Below, one piece after another: positions 20,743 through 29,945 of a stretch of 64,000 nt of DNA. Both the position numbers and the translations under genes were made by a program. Numbering within the stretch: the stretch's first letter is position 1; each line of letters opens with the position of its first letter. The stretch covers positions 124,001-188,000 of the IMG/VR virus record IMGVR_UViG_3300028592_000004. One strand, written 5' to 3'. Under the pieces are notes generated by a model. The model saw only the letters and a list, made by a program, of their open reading frames with translations, ran no database searches and was not told the origin of the DNA.

Positions 20743-20776
20743 CAGCCAGCGGGTCCGATAATGAACCCGCTGGCTG
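20743..20776 (-). terminator. Hairpin / probable terminator after the tube gene
   Basis: 12-bp perfect stem CAGCCAGCGGGT/ACCCGCTGGCTG; weak U-tract. Confidence 0.5.
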
Positions 20777-20806
20777 AAGATATCTCGTCGCTACCGCGAC
20801 GGCAAA

Positions 20807-21319
20807 CTAAGCACCGGCGCCGGCGCCACCAGCGATGTTCCCGGCCGCGGCTGCACCGTTCAGGTCGAGGCTGACGAACATCATGGTCAGCGTCTCGTTG
20901 ATGAGCATGTTCATGGCTTCGACCGTGACGGCGATCGAGGTGATCACCGCGTTCTTGATCGAGAACCGCATGCCCTGGAATTCACCCTGCGAGTTACAGC
21001 CGGCGTCCACCTCGAAGTTGAGGTTGTTCGTGGCAGCGTTACAGACATTGCCGAACTTCGTGTAGAACCCGACCTGGATGGCCCGGGGGCCGAGCACGCG
21101 TCCAAGCTGGATGTTCCCCTGCGTACGGCCGGCGACCAGATAGGTGAACTGGGTGCCGATTTCGTACAGCCGGGTGATGTTCTGCACGTAGTTGACGGAG
21201 ATCTGCTGGGTGAGCAGACCAACGCCGGTCACGTTGTTGTTGCCGCCGAAGACGACACGGGCCGCGTCCGCTGCGAACGAGCCCTTGTAGTCGTTCCCCT
21301 GACGACCGTAGATGTCCAT
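20807..21319 (-). CDS. Tail tube protein
   Basis: 170 aa directly after sheath; Q.I...Y.Q.I.RLYEIG....Y.V.GR..G pattern. Confidence 0.8.
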   Translation of the reverse strand: MDIYGRQGNDYKGSFAADAARVVFGGNNNVTGVGLLTQQISVNYVQNITRLYEIGTQFTYLVAGRTQGNIQLGRVLGPRAIQVGFYTKFGNVCNAATNNLNFEVDAGCNSQGEFQGMRFSIKNAVITSIAVTVEAMNMLINETLTMMFVSLDLNGAAAAGNIAGGAGAGA

Positions 21320-21326
21320 TGAGATC

Positions 21327-21340
21327 TGACCTCCGTGTCA
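21327..21340 (-). promoter_or_regulatory. CsrA/RsmA-type hairpin at the tube RBS
   Basis: TGAC-ACGGAG-GTCA. Confidence 0.6.
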
Positions 21341-21370
21341 AAACGCAAGTTGCCAGACTTGCGAAGGGTT

Positions 21371-21403
21371 AAGAGAGAAACCCGGCGGGATCTTCCCGCC
21401 GGG
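21371..21403 (-). terminator. Rho-independent terminator after the sheath gene
   Basis: CCCGGCGGGA-AGA-TCCCGCCGGG followed by TTTCTCTCTT. Confidence 0.75.
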
Positions 21404-21420
21404 CGGCTACCGGCACCGGA

Positions 21421-24207
21421 TCAGATGACCAGGTACGTTTCGATGTTGTTCAGCGGGTAACCGATCGTGAGGTTGATCACGATCACGACGCGGTCCGGAA
21501 GGATGTCGTGGGCTTCGAGCCGGACGATTTCCCCTTCGATCAACTGACCGCCGAGCCGCTCGACGAACCCGTTCGCCTTGAGGAACTCGATGCAGTTCAG
21601 GACTTCCACCCGCAGGAGGGACAGGGTCCCCGGAGTGACGTTGCTGATCCCGATGTACGGCGAGAGCCGACGCCGGAACAGGTAGGAGATCGAGTCGACG
21701 TTCGAGACGACCTGCTCTTCCCGGGTGTTGACGTCGGTGTTGTCCGTCGTCAGCGCGTGCCGGGTGTAGACCGTGCCGTCCCGGCCGGCGGTGACCACCC
21801 ACGTGCCGGCTTCCGCCATCGTGTTGAGCTGCGTGCTGTTGAAGTAGCTCGTCGACCGCGGAACCGAGTCGAATCCGGTCACGGGCAGGTTCGTCAGGCC
21901 CTGGTGCGGCACGACGCCCGACCGGAGGCCGGCGAGCGCGGCTGCCAGGTAGTACCCGGCGACTTCCAGGCCACCCGAGATGACCGTATCCGGCCAGACC
22001 ACCTTGACCCGGCGGTTGCCGAAGGAACCAGCCTGCTCGCCGACGTTGGCAGCAATCTCGTTCTTGGTCATGGGGTGCCAGATCTCGATCTTCTCCGGCG
22101 AGTTGATGGCCGAGGTGTGTCCGGAGACGAGCTTGATCGTCTCTTCGTTCGGGATCGAGTCGATCACGAACTCCTCGTACGTCTGCTCGCCGAACGACGT
22201 GCCGAACAGCATCCGGACGATGTCGCCCGGGCGGGCTCCCAGTTCGAGCACCGACGCGTTGCCGGAGCTGACCTGGAGGAGCGTGTACTGGGTGCCGTCC
22301 GAATCCGGGTCGTCCACCAGGGTCGCCAGGACCTCTTCTTCGTCGCTGGACGTCGCGGCGCTGACCTTGACGGTTTCCGTCACGGCGGCGACGTTGAAGA
22401 ACGCCGCCCGCCACCGGCCGGCTTCGGCCGACGACTGCGAGTTGACGTGCCCAGCGAACAGGTTCTGGACCGACCGCGACTGCGTCATCGGGGCGAGGTT
22501 GTAGACGTCTTCCCGGCCGACGAGCAGTTCCAGGGCTTCCGCCCAGCTGTCGTCTTCGTCCGGCTCGGCGATCCCGACGCCCTTGACGGCAGTGCCGTTG
22601 GCGTTGGCGAGGGCCTTGTACATCCCGTACTTGAGCGGGTTGTCCGGGTGGATCGGGCCGGAAACCTGATCGTTCAGCTCGTCTTCGTCGACGGCCGAAA
22701 CGACGTCGCTCGCAAGTTCCGAGCGCCAGGCCCGGTACTCGACGAACAGGTCCCCGGAGGTGATCACGACGGGGATCAGTTCCCCACCGTCCGTCCAGGT
22801 GGTGTCGTAAGCGACGATCCCCGAGTTGACGGTCAGCTGGCTCTGGGAGACTTCCCAGTTGACGAGCGGATCGTACCCGGCGCGGTTCTTGTCGATTTCC
22901 AGGTCCTTCAGCAGGTAGATCTGGAGGTCGAGGTCTTCCGCTTCATCCATTTCGCCCGGCAGGTTGTGGCCGAGGACGAGCGTGCTCATCCGGCCTTCCG
23001 CCTGCGCGGTGACGTCGATGAAGTAGATGTCCCCCTTACGGAGGCCGACGACCGGATCCAGGAGCTGGGTGTCTTCGTCGACGCTGGAGCTCTCGGCGCC
23101 GCCACCGTAGAAGGTGATCGTGACGCCCTTCGTTCCCACCGCCACAGCCACGTTGTCACCGGTGACGTTGACCGGACCGTTGCTGGCGTCGACACCGTGG
23201 ACCGTGCGGACCGTGACCTGGGGCCGCTTGTCTTCGTCTTCGTCGTCGAACTCGCCGCCGCGGGTGACTTCCACGATGTAGGTCGTGTCCCGCGCACCGC
23301 TGTAGGTCCCGCCGGAGACCGCGAGGGCCTGCTCGAAGGCGGACTGAACGACGACGCGGTAGACCGTCCCGACAACGAGGTCGGCGGCACCGGTGAAGCT
23401 GATCCGCAGACCGCGCTCACCGACGTCGAACAGCGAACCGTTCGTACCGGGGATCAGCTCGTCGTCTTCGTCCAGCCCACTGGCGGTCGTGACCTTCAGC
23501 TTGGCGGTCGTGTGGTCGTCATCGACCGAGCTGGCGGTGACCGTGATCGTGTAGGTGTCGTTGATGTATCCGTCGACAAGCCCGTTGTAGTTCGCGGCGT
23601 TCGCGGCGAACGTGACACCCGGCGAGCTGCCGGAGACCGTGCTCGTGGTAGCCGAAACGTTCTGGTCTTCGGGGTTGGCTTCCGCCAGCTCGACTTCACC
23701 GACCGTCGCCGCAACGGCTTCGCCGACGATGTCGAGGACGTAGGTGTTGAGTTCGAACTCGTCACCATCGGCCACGCCGCGGAGGTAGACCCGGTCACCA
23801 CGACGAACGTCGCGGTCGTAGAGCTCGGTGATACGGGCGTAGTCGCCGTTCTGGGCGAAACCACCCGACCCCGCCCGGCGGATCCGGTTGCGATAGCCTT
23901 CGACCGGCGCGACGATCTCGTCGGCGGCGATCAGGTCCTCGAACAGGACCAGCTTCGCGTCTTCCATGAAGAGCTTGACGTACGACTCGTCGATCGTGGA
24001 TCCCACCGGCTTTGTGGGCCAGGCGTAGGATTGGTCATCGTCAGCGTCGTACGCACCCAGCGCACCCAGGCCCTTTTCGTCGGCCTCGGCGTACCGAAGG
24101 AGATACGCGTGCGGCCCTGCGATGAGAGCGCGCAGCGGATCAGTGATTTCGGCCGGAACCAGGTTGAATTCCTGGAACACCAGGGCCTGCGGAACGATAT
24201 AGGGCAT
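21421..24207 (-). CDS. Contractile tail sheath protein
   Basis: 928 aa; C-terminal sheath core (YYLAAALAGL...LTN..G...RHALTT...YIG..N...PLNNI). Confidence 0.9.
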   Translation of the reverse strand: MPYIVPQALVFQEFNLVPAEITDPLRALIAGPHAYLLRYAEADEKGLGALGAYDADDDQSYAWPTKPVGSTIDESYVKLFMEDAKLVLFEDLIAADEIVAPVEGYRNRIRRAGSGGFAQNGDYARITELYDRDVRRGDRVYLRGVADGDEFELNTYVLDIVGEAVAATVGEVELAEANPEDQNVSATTSTVSGSSPGVTFAANAANYNGLVDGYINDTYTITVTASSVDDDHTTAKLKVTTASGLDEDDELIPGTNGSLFDVGERGLRISFTGAADLVVGTVYRVVVQSAFEQALAVSGGTYSGARDTTYIVEVTRGGEFDDEDEDKRPQVTVRTVHGVDASNGPVNVTGDNVAVAVGTKGVTITFYGGGAESSSVDEDTQLLDPVVGLRKGDIYFIDVTAQAEGRMSTLVLGHNLPGEMDEAEDLDLQIYLLKDLEIDKNRAGYDPLVNWEVSQSQLTVNSGIVAYDTTWTDGGELIPVVITSGDLFVEYRAWRSELASDVVSAVDEDELNDQVSGPIHPDNPLKYGMYKALANANGTAVKGVGIAEPDEDDSWAEALELLVGREDVYNLAPMTQSRSVQNLFAGHVNSQSSAEAGRWRAAFFNVAAVTETVKVSAATSSDEEEVLATLVDDPDSDGTQYTLLQVSSGNASVLELGARPGDIVRMLFGTSFGEQTYEEFVIDSIPNEETIKLVSGHTSAINSPEKIEIWHPMTKNEIAANVGEQAGSFGNRRVKVVWPDTVISGGLEVAGYYLAAALAGLRSGVVPHQGLTNLPVTGFDSVPRSTSYFNSTQLNTMAEAGTWVVTAGRDGTVYTRHALTTDNTDVNTREEQVVSNVDSISYLFRRRLSPYIGISNVTPGTLSLLRVEVLNCIEFLKANGFVERLGGQLIEGEIVRLEAHDILPDRVVIVINLTIGYPLNNIETYLVI

Positions 24208-24211
24208 CCCA

Positions 24212-24227
24212 AATGCCTCCGTGCATT
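24212..24227 (-). promoter_or_regulatory. CsrA/RsmA-type hairpin at the sheath RBS
   Basis: AATGC-ACGGAG-GCATT. Confidence 0.6.
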
Positions 24228-24261
24228 GAATGTGAGATCCGTCTCAGCGGCAGTCTGTAAT

Positions 24262-24948
24262 CTACGGCCTGAGCAGATTCGTGGAAATAGTTATCCGTCG
24301 CAGCCTCGGAACGTCCTGCGTCAGGACCCAGGCCACTTCATGAGCGTACGCGATCGAAACGGGCACAACGAACCGTTCCGTCGCCTCTTCGGCCATCAGC
24401 ATGACGGAGTCCACTTCCATCACCAGAAACTGGTGTAGGTCGAGGTTCCGCCGGATGACCGGTCCGAAGCTGATGAGGGTCGTGTAGACCTCCTGCGCCA
24501 GCAATTCCGCTTCGCCGGCTTCGTCGGCGACGCAAAAGATCGTGTGGGAGCCGGACATGAACGTGGCGTACCGGTCAAAACCGTCTGCCGCGAGCGTTCC
24601 CTGCATCATGTCGTTGATGCCGCGGCGCTGGACGGCCCACTTGTTTCGCTTGACGATCAGCGCCGGCGACCAGTTCGACTCCTTCGGGCGCCACTTGTTG
24701 ATCGACTCGATCTTGATCCCGGTCCGATCGGTCGGGCGCCAGCGGTAGCTGCTCCAGGGCGTGTCCGGGATGGCCTCGTAGGGGTTCTCCCGGAACGTAT
24801 CCTGCTCGAAGTTCCGCTCGTCAGCGAAATGCTGGCGAAGAATGTGAACCACTATCCCCGTCATCAACAGAGGCCGAAGGCCCAAACTGCAGAGGGAACT
24901 TGGTCGATGAATTCGACTTTCCGGCAGCAGCGGGTTTTTCATTGGCAT
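24262..24948 (-). CDS. Putative tail terminator / tail completion protein
   Basis: 228 aa immediately upstream of sheath; alpha/beta pattern (PALIVKR, EAELLA). Confidence 0.55.
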   Translation of the reverse strand: MPMKNPLLPESRIHRPSSLCSLGLRPLLMTGIVVHILRQHFADERNFEQDTFRENPYEAIPDTPWSSYRWRPTDRTGIKIESINKWRPKESNWSPALIVKRNKWAVQRRGINDMMQGTLAADGFDRYATFMSGSHTIFCVADEAGEAELLAQEVYTTLISFGPVIRRNLDLHQFLVMEVDSVMLMAEEATERFVVPVSIAYAHEVAWVLTQDVPRLRRITISTNLLRP

Positions 24949-25024
24949 CCATGCCTAGCGCTTGAAGCACGTCGCGCTGTGACGGGGCGTAGTCGAAAAG
25001 GCGGATCTTCCGCATCAGGAGCTT

Positions 25025-25053
25025 AGGATACGACATCGGATTCGAGACCTCAA
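25025..25053 (-). promoter_or_regulatory. Sigma70-like promoter
   Basis: TTGAGG-17 nt-TATCCT in the intergenic gap before the tail operon. Confidence 0.5.
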
Positions 25054-25054
25054 A

Positions 25055-25894
25055 TTACGGCATCGGGATCTGGTACACCGGGTCCGCGGTATCGACCTGC
25101 CGCAGCTCGACTTGCAGCAAAATGTCGACACCCCGCATGGCTGCCAGGGTTTTGACCGGACGGACGACGTACCGGCGGTCCGAGCCAGCATGGATGAACA
25201 CGTCTCCGTGCGTCAGGGGCGGAAAGGCGATCATAACGCCTTGCTGGACGTTCACGTCCTGCTGTCCGACCGGTTTGTCGCCCCGCTGCGGGTAGTGCGT
25301 CTGCTCGGTGAGCTGGATGAAGGCCGGGTGTGGGGCGAAGAACCCGCCCTTGAAGTCTGTGCCGGCCGTCTCAGGTCGTTTCGTGCTGATGACTTCACCC
25401 GTCAGGGGATCCCGGGCGCGGCGTCCCGCCGGAACGTTGATGTCGGCCTTGTCGCCAACCCGCTTCCGCTTGAGGATGAACCCCTCCCACCCGGTGAACT
25501 TATTGAGCAGGAGCCGGTTCTGCCGGACGGTTTCCCGGGCCTCCAGCCAGTCGGACCGGTTGAGAACGCCTGTCGCAGGGCATGGCTCGGAGTAATACGT
25601 GCCATCTGGGGTGACGAGCTTGATCCGGTAGTGGACCTCCCACTCCTTCCCGCCGTACCGTCGATTCGTGTCCGCAGCGGCAACAGCGTTGACCTGCGGT
25701 GCTCCGACATCGCGCCAGTCGTCAGCGAGATTGCTGCCGGTGAAGCCGACCTGCAGTTGCGTCGTGTACGGCTCCGGATCGACAAAGTTCGTGTGGTAGG
25801 ACCAGGCGATCTGTGTGTTGCCGGAGATGGCGAAGCTCACGACGACCCGGGAGAAGACCAGGTCGCGAGTCATCGTCTGGGTCGGATTGGTCAT
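25055..25894 (-). CDS. Putative neck / head-closure protein
   Basis: Start at MTNPTQ; GT.F.GG.F and C-terminal P.L..GD......RRY.V barrel pattern. Confidence 0.55.
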   Translation of the reverse strand: MTNPTQTMTRDLVFSRVVVSFAISGNTQIAWSYHTNFVDPEPYTTQLQVGFTGSNLADDWRDVGAPQVNAVAAADTNRRYGGKEWEVHYRIKLVTPDGTYYSEPCPATGVLNRSDWLEARETVRQNRLLLNKFTGWEGFILKRKRVGDKADINVPAGRRARDPLTGEVISTKRPETAGTDFKGGFFAPHPAFIQLTEQTHYPQRGDKPVGQQDVNVQQGVMIAFPPLTHGDVFIHAGSDRRYVVRPVKTLAAMRGVDILLQVELRQVDTADPVYQIPMP

Positions 25895-25971
25895 GAGTTC
25901 GTCCCTGATAGCTAAAGAAAGGGCAGGTCGCCGGCAGACCCTCCTGGCCTGCCGGCGTTCCCACACCAAAC

Positions 25972-26487
25972 TCAAATGATGATCGACTCTTCGCCGGCTT
26001 GCGCACACACGTTCTGGATGAAGGTCGACAGGTCACGCTGCATGAACCTGTGAGCCCTCATCATCATAGTGTGGATGTCCAGGTTCGACATTCTTTGAAC
26101 GTCGTTCGGAGAGTACCCCGCCCGGCCGCAGAAGTCGGCGTACCAGCGAATCGACCATTCATATATGGCCCTCCGCCCGAGGGGTCCTTCCGGACCGGTC
26201 AGGCGGGCAATGATTTCCTTTTGTGTGGGTGTCATCTCTTCCCCTCCGTTATCGAACGTGAGGGTGTATTCCACCTGGAAAACCGTGATCGGCAGCCTCT
26301 TGTGAAAGGAGTCGACCATCGCCTCTTTCAACTGCGCTTCGATTGGCTGACCTTCGGGGATCGGCTTGCCGCTCGGACCCGAGAATGCGGGTTGAAGCAT
26401 GAGAGCCCGATACTGAAGAATCCCGAGGGCCGCGAACATCGTAACCGTGATCAGATACGCCGCGATGAGTGTCCGAACTCGAAACAT
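25972..26487 (-). CDS. Hypothetical protein with N-terminal membrane anchor
   Basis: Hydrophobic LIAAYLITVTMFAALGIL segment. Confidence 0.6.
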   Translation of the reverse strand: MFRVRTLIAAYLITVTMFAALGILQYRALMLQPAFSGPSGKPIPEGQPIEAQLKEAMVDSFHKRLPITVFQVEYTLTFDNGGEEMTPTQKEIIARLTGPEGPLGRRAIYEWSIRWYADFCGRAGYSPNDVQRMSNLDIHTMMMRAHRFMQRDLSTFIQNVCAQAGEESIII

Positions 26488-26538
26488 AATGTCTCTCTCG
26501 TGGGTGGTGTGGGATGTCGCCCGGCGACCTTGCCGGGG

Positions 26539-26862
26539 CTACTTGCAACGCTGTTCCAGTTCCTTGATTTTTTCCGCGGACTGGATCATGAGCTCGGTGT
26601 GCTGAAACCGAAGTTCAACCAGTTGCGCGTGCGTGCTGGTATATCTTGCCAGCAGCTCTTCGTAATCTCGCTGAAACTTTTCCGTGCGAGACGTCATGAT
26701 CGCCTGAATGCTTCTGACCGACACATCGCCTTCCCCGCTGGCTTCTCTGCCGCCCATCACGTGGCCGAAAGCGAAGACAAGCGTGAGCAGAATAAGCAGC
26801 AGGCTGTATCGCACAAAGTTTGACATCGCAAGCAGCACGCGGGCTAACGCGAGACGTGACAT
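26539..26862 (-). CDS. Hypothetical membrane protein with coiled-coil tail
   Basis: GAGGA RBS; start MSRLAL; TM LLLILLTLVFAF; heptad C-terminus. Confidence 0.55.
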   Translation of the reverse strand: MSRLALARVLLAMSNFVRYSLLLILLTLVFAFGHVMGGREASGEGDVSVRSIQAIMTSRTEKFQRDYEELLARYTSTHAQLVELRFQHTELMIQSAEKIKELEQRCK

Positions 26863-26914
26863 GGACGGTTCCTCAAATAGGGGTGTGGAAAGAGATCGCG
26901 GCAGTCTTTGCCGC

Positions 26915-27322
26915 CTACAGAGACGTACTGACGTTGACAGGAAAGCCGAACTGCTCGGTGAACCAGACCGTACGAGCCCCGATGAGCGAGCTGTAGGGAG
27001 CCTCGCCCACGTGGCTGACAAAGACCAGGCGCTCACCGACCGCCAGTTTGCCGAGCCATTCGAAGGTCCGCCGGAGTTTCGCCCGGTTGTGGTTCCACTG
27101 GATCGACTTCAGATCCAGGCGAAGCAGCGCCCAGAGACGGCGCCGCAAGTGGCACTGATCGACCGCGTCCAGCCGCTCCATGTCGTAATAGAGAACGGCC
27201 GAGACCCATTTTCCCTCATTGATTCTGCGTTCGATCTCCTCCTTCGTCGGGCACTTCGCCTGCGGAAAGAGGGCTTCCACTTCAAACAGAAAACCTTCGA
27301 ACATCCGGGTCAGAAACTTCAT
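26915..27322 (-). CDS. Hypothetical protein
   Basis: GGAG RBS before MKFLTR; 135 aa. Confidence 0.55.
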   Translation of the reverse strand: MKFLTRMFEGFLFEVEALFPQAKCPTKEEIERRINEGKWVSAVLYYDMERLDAVDQCHLRRRLWALLRLDLKSIQWNHNRAKLRRTFEWLGKLAVGERLVFVSHVGEAPYSSLIGARTVWFTEQFGFPVNVSTSL

Positions 27323-27419
27323 GTTGTCTCCGTGCACTAAGGTTGCAACAAGCCCAGCCTGAGCTCTGCTGCCACTACTAGGAAGTAGCTACTGTTAGTG
27401 ACGCGAATCGGAGACGGAT

Positions 27420-28268
27420 TTAGTACCCGTAGGGCGATCCGAACGTGCTGTACCCCATCTGGATGTTGATCGACACCTTCTTGTTGGCGACCCACTTCTT
27501 GTACTCTTCCCACCGCCGCTGGCCCTCCAGCAAGTAGGGCTGCTCGCGGCCGAGATCGTTGACGACGATCCCGCCGGCTGCGCGGTTTTGCGTGTTCCGC
27601 CGGTAATGCTCCGCGGCCATGAAGCACAGGTTCGCGACGATCCCTTCCAGCCAGTGATAGCGGTACGGGAAGTTCGTCGTGTCGTAGGTGCCGATCGGCG
27701 GAAGCGATTCATTCCAGTACATGACCGGCCGGCCGATGGCCGCGCCGATTTCGGCCAGGTCGAAGTCCAGCTCGTCGATCAGATAGTTCTCGTCCGGCAT
27801 GCTGTCGCGCATGTGCAGCCGGATCTCCGCTTCAGTCGGCGGACCGGTCATGTCGCCAGAGCCAGGCGTCGGGTCGACGTGCAGGTAGAACTGATAGCCG
27901 GCGACCGTGTCCTCGTCGTTCTGGATGAGGATCTCACCCATGAAGACACCGGCGTCACGGGTGTGGGTGGCGTCCAGATCAAACTGAACGACGCCGTTCG
28001 CCGCATCCGTGACCCAGGCATCTAGGGTCGCGATGGTGCATTTGCCGACGCTCTCAACGATCGCGACCTGCAAGCTGGCGTACTCGGCGACCGAGATGGA
28101 CTCTTCCGACAGTCCGTACTCGGTCAGATCTTGGGGGTTCCCCTCGTCGTCGCGAACGACAACCTCGACGGTCACCTTGTGACGCTGACCGACCTTGATG
28201 GCCGGGATGCGGCCGACGAGAGGAACTCCGTGACGGGTGACGCTCGTCCGTGTGCGTCGAGTGGGCAT
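27420..28268 (-). CDS. Putative head-tail adaptor (neck) protein with N-terminal Ig/BppU-like domain
   Basis: DAANGVVQF.L....T...G.F.GEI then EIRLHMRD....NYL...WN...P; position between head and tail genes. Confidence 0.6.
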   Translation of the reverse strand: MPTRRTRTSVTRHGVPLVGRIPAIKVGQRHKVTVEVVVRDDEGNPQDLTEYGLSEESISVAEYASLQVAIVESVGKCTIATLDAWVTDAANGVVQFDLDATHTRDAGVFMGEILIQNDEDTVAGYQFYLHVDPTPGSGDMTGPPTEAEIRLHMRDSMPDENYLIDELDFDLAEIGAAIGRPVMYWNESLPPIGTYDTTNFPYRYHWLEGIVANLCFMAAEHYRRNTQNRAAGGIVVNDLGREQPYLLEGQRRWEEYKKWVANKKVSINIQMGYSTFGSPYGY

Positions 28269-28277
28269 GCTGGTCTC

Positions 28278-29531
28278 CTACCAGAAAGTCTTTCCGGGCT
28301 GCCGCTGGCCCTTCAGGGCACAGATGTCGGCGTAGGTGTGAATCATCCTGTTGTCGGAGTGCCACTTATCCAGGGCTTCGTCCCAGACCCGTGTGTCCTG
28401 GAAGCGACACACGATGTCCGGGATCTGCGCTGCCATTCCGCGGTTGCAGTAGTACTGGAACGACATCCGGTTCCACCGGCTTCGCACGCTGGGATCGGCA
28501 TCCGCCATCAGGCCGTCGCTGGATTGTAGCCGGGCGAGGAGAAAGCCGCCGGGAGCCAGGATGCGGTAGATCTCGTTCATGATCGTGACGCGGTGCATCT
28601 GATCGACCCGCGGGATCGAGTCAACAGCCCGGACTAGACCCACGGAGTCGTCGTCGACCGGCAGCACGTACCCGTTCGCCTCGAACTCCTTCAGGGTGAT
28701 GATCTCGTGACCCGGGAGTTCCTCCCCGCCGGCCCAGAACTGGATCTTCCGCAGGTTCTCCCGCCGCGCCCACTCGTCCATCAGCTTGTAGAAGTTCCGG
28801 TTCGAGAGCTTGATCGTCTCGGAGCTGATCTTCTCGCGATTCTTGGTGTAGGTATTGGCCGTATCCCCATCCTTGCCGTGCTCGCGGTAGAAGTAGAGCA
28901 CCTCGGGGATATGGACGAAGTGTCCGCCGGCCAGGTACGTCCGGATCAGAAGGTCGTGGTCATCGCAGAGCGACATCAGCGGGTCGTGGCCGCGGATCTT
29001 CTCGTAAAGCGCCCGGCGCCACACGCGAACGTGGTTCGGAGCGTACCAGACGTAGGCCAGCGAATGCGGACCCGGCGGGAAGGCCCGCACCGCGGTGTAG
29101 CCCTGCCCTTTATAGCTGAACGGGTAGTGCTCCCAGCCGTCCGTCTTCCAGTAGTTGCAGGTCTTGTCCGGGTAGAACTGGACGAAGTCGGAGTAGAGGA
29201 AGTCGGCATTCTCCCGATCGGCGGTTTCGCAGATAACGGCCAGGGCGTTTTCGACCAGGAAGTCGTCATGGTCCAGTTCGACCAGCAGCTCTCCCTTCGC
29301 ATGCTTGCAGGCGAAGCGCTTTAGGGCGCCGATTCCGGGGTTCAGCCGGCCCGGGAACGGCTTGACGACCACGCGGGTGTCTTTGAGGATCTCGTCCGGA
29401 ATGACCGCTCCGGCGTTCGGGACGATCACCCACTCGAAGTCGGGCATCGTCTGGTTCTTGAGAGACTCGTAAGCCTCCAGCAGGTAGACGGGGTTGTGAG
29501 TGGGAGTGAAGACACTGACCTTCGGGGACAT
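28278..29531 (-). CDS. GT2-family glycosyltransferase fused to a methyltransferase-like C-terminal domain
   Basis: VSVFTPTHN, ELDHDD (DxD), DDHDL..R; C-terminal MNEIYRILAPGG. Confidence 0.85.
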   Translation of the reverse strand: MSPKVSVFTPTHNPVYLLEAYESLKNQTMPDFEWVIVPNAGAVIPDEILKDTRVVVKPFPGRLNPGIGALKRFACKHAKGELLVELDHDDFLVENALAVICETADRENADFLYSDFVQFYPDKTCNYWKTDGWEHYPFSYKGQGYTAVRAFPPGPHSLAYVWYAPNHVRVWRRALYEKIRGHDPLMSLCDDHDLLIRTYLAGGHFVHIPEVLYFYREHGKDGDTANTYTKNREKISSETIKLSNRNFYKLMDEWARRENLRKIQFWAGGEELPGHEIITLKEFEANGYVLPVDDDSVGLVRAVDSIPRVDQMHRVTIMNEIYRILAPGGFLLARLQSSDGLMADADPSVRSRWNRMSFQYYCNRGMAAQIPDIVCRFQDTRVWDEALDKWHSDNRMIHTYADICALKGQRQPGKTFW

Positions 29532-29543
29532 CCGTAACCCTCC

Positions 29544-29587
29544 AAAAGAAAACGCCGCTACACCGGGCGGACCCAGTATAGCGGCGT
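29544..29587 (-). terminator. Rho-independent terminator
   Basis: 16-bp stem (with G-U pairs), TCCG loop, TTTCTTTT tail. Confidence 0.8.
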
Positions 29588-29611
29588 GGAAGATCAGTGC
29601 GACTCGAACTG

Positions 29612-29929
29612 CTACTCGCTGACGTAGGAGCCCCAGCAGGGATCCTGTGCGGACAGCGAGTTGTTGTTGAGTTCGAGCACCTTGGCAACGTCGAGGGTGT
29701 CGTCGTACAGGTGCACGGACGGCGTGCTCAGGATCGCGAGGCGACCTTCGTCGAGGTCCCGCTCCAGGGAGTGGAACTTCCGCAGGTTGTCGCGGAGCTT
29801 GTCGGGCAGGTGACCGGGTTCGGAGAACTGTTCACCGGCCGCGAGCCGCTTGCCGTGCTTACCGAGATAACCGATGGGGCGAGTGGCCCCCGTGTTGATC
29901 ACGGTCGTGTAGAGGCAAGAAACGGTCAT
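29612..29929 (-). CDS. Hypothetical (probable head-associated) protein
   Basis: TAAGGAG RBS; 105 aa; in capsid operon. Confidence 0.6.
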   Translation of the reverse strand: MTVSCLYTTVINTGATRPIGYLGKHGKRLAAGEQFSEPGHLPDKLRDNLRKFHSLERDLDEGRLAILSTPSVHLYDDTLDVAKVLELNNNSLSAQDPCWGSYVSE

Positions 29930-29945
29930 CGGGTCAGGCTACTCC

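Noticed and set aside
21508-24438. Long plus-strand ORFs (also 16803-18914, 32019-33992, 57407-59656, 19035-20720)
   Set aside because: Antisense shadows of GC-rich minus-strand genes; no motifs, and fully overlapped by recognisable genes
4723-24948. Tailocin, eCIS or T6SS interpretation of the tail genes
   Set aside because: Capsid, scaffold, prohead protease and neck genes are contiguous with them
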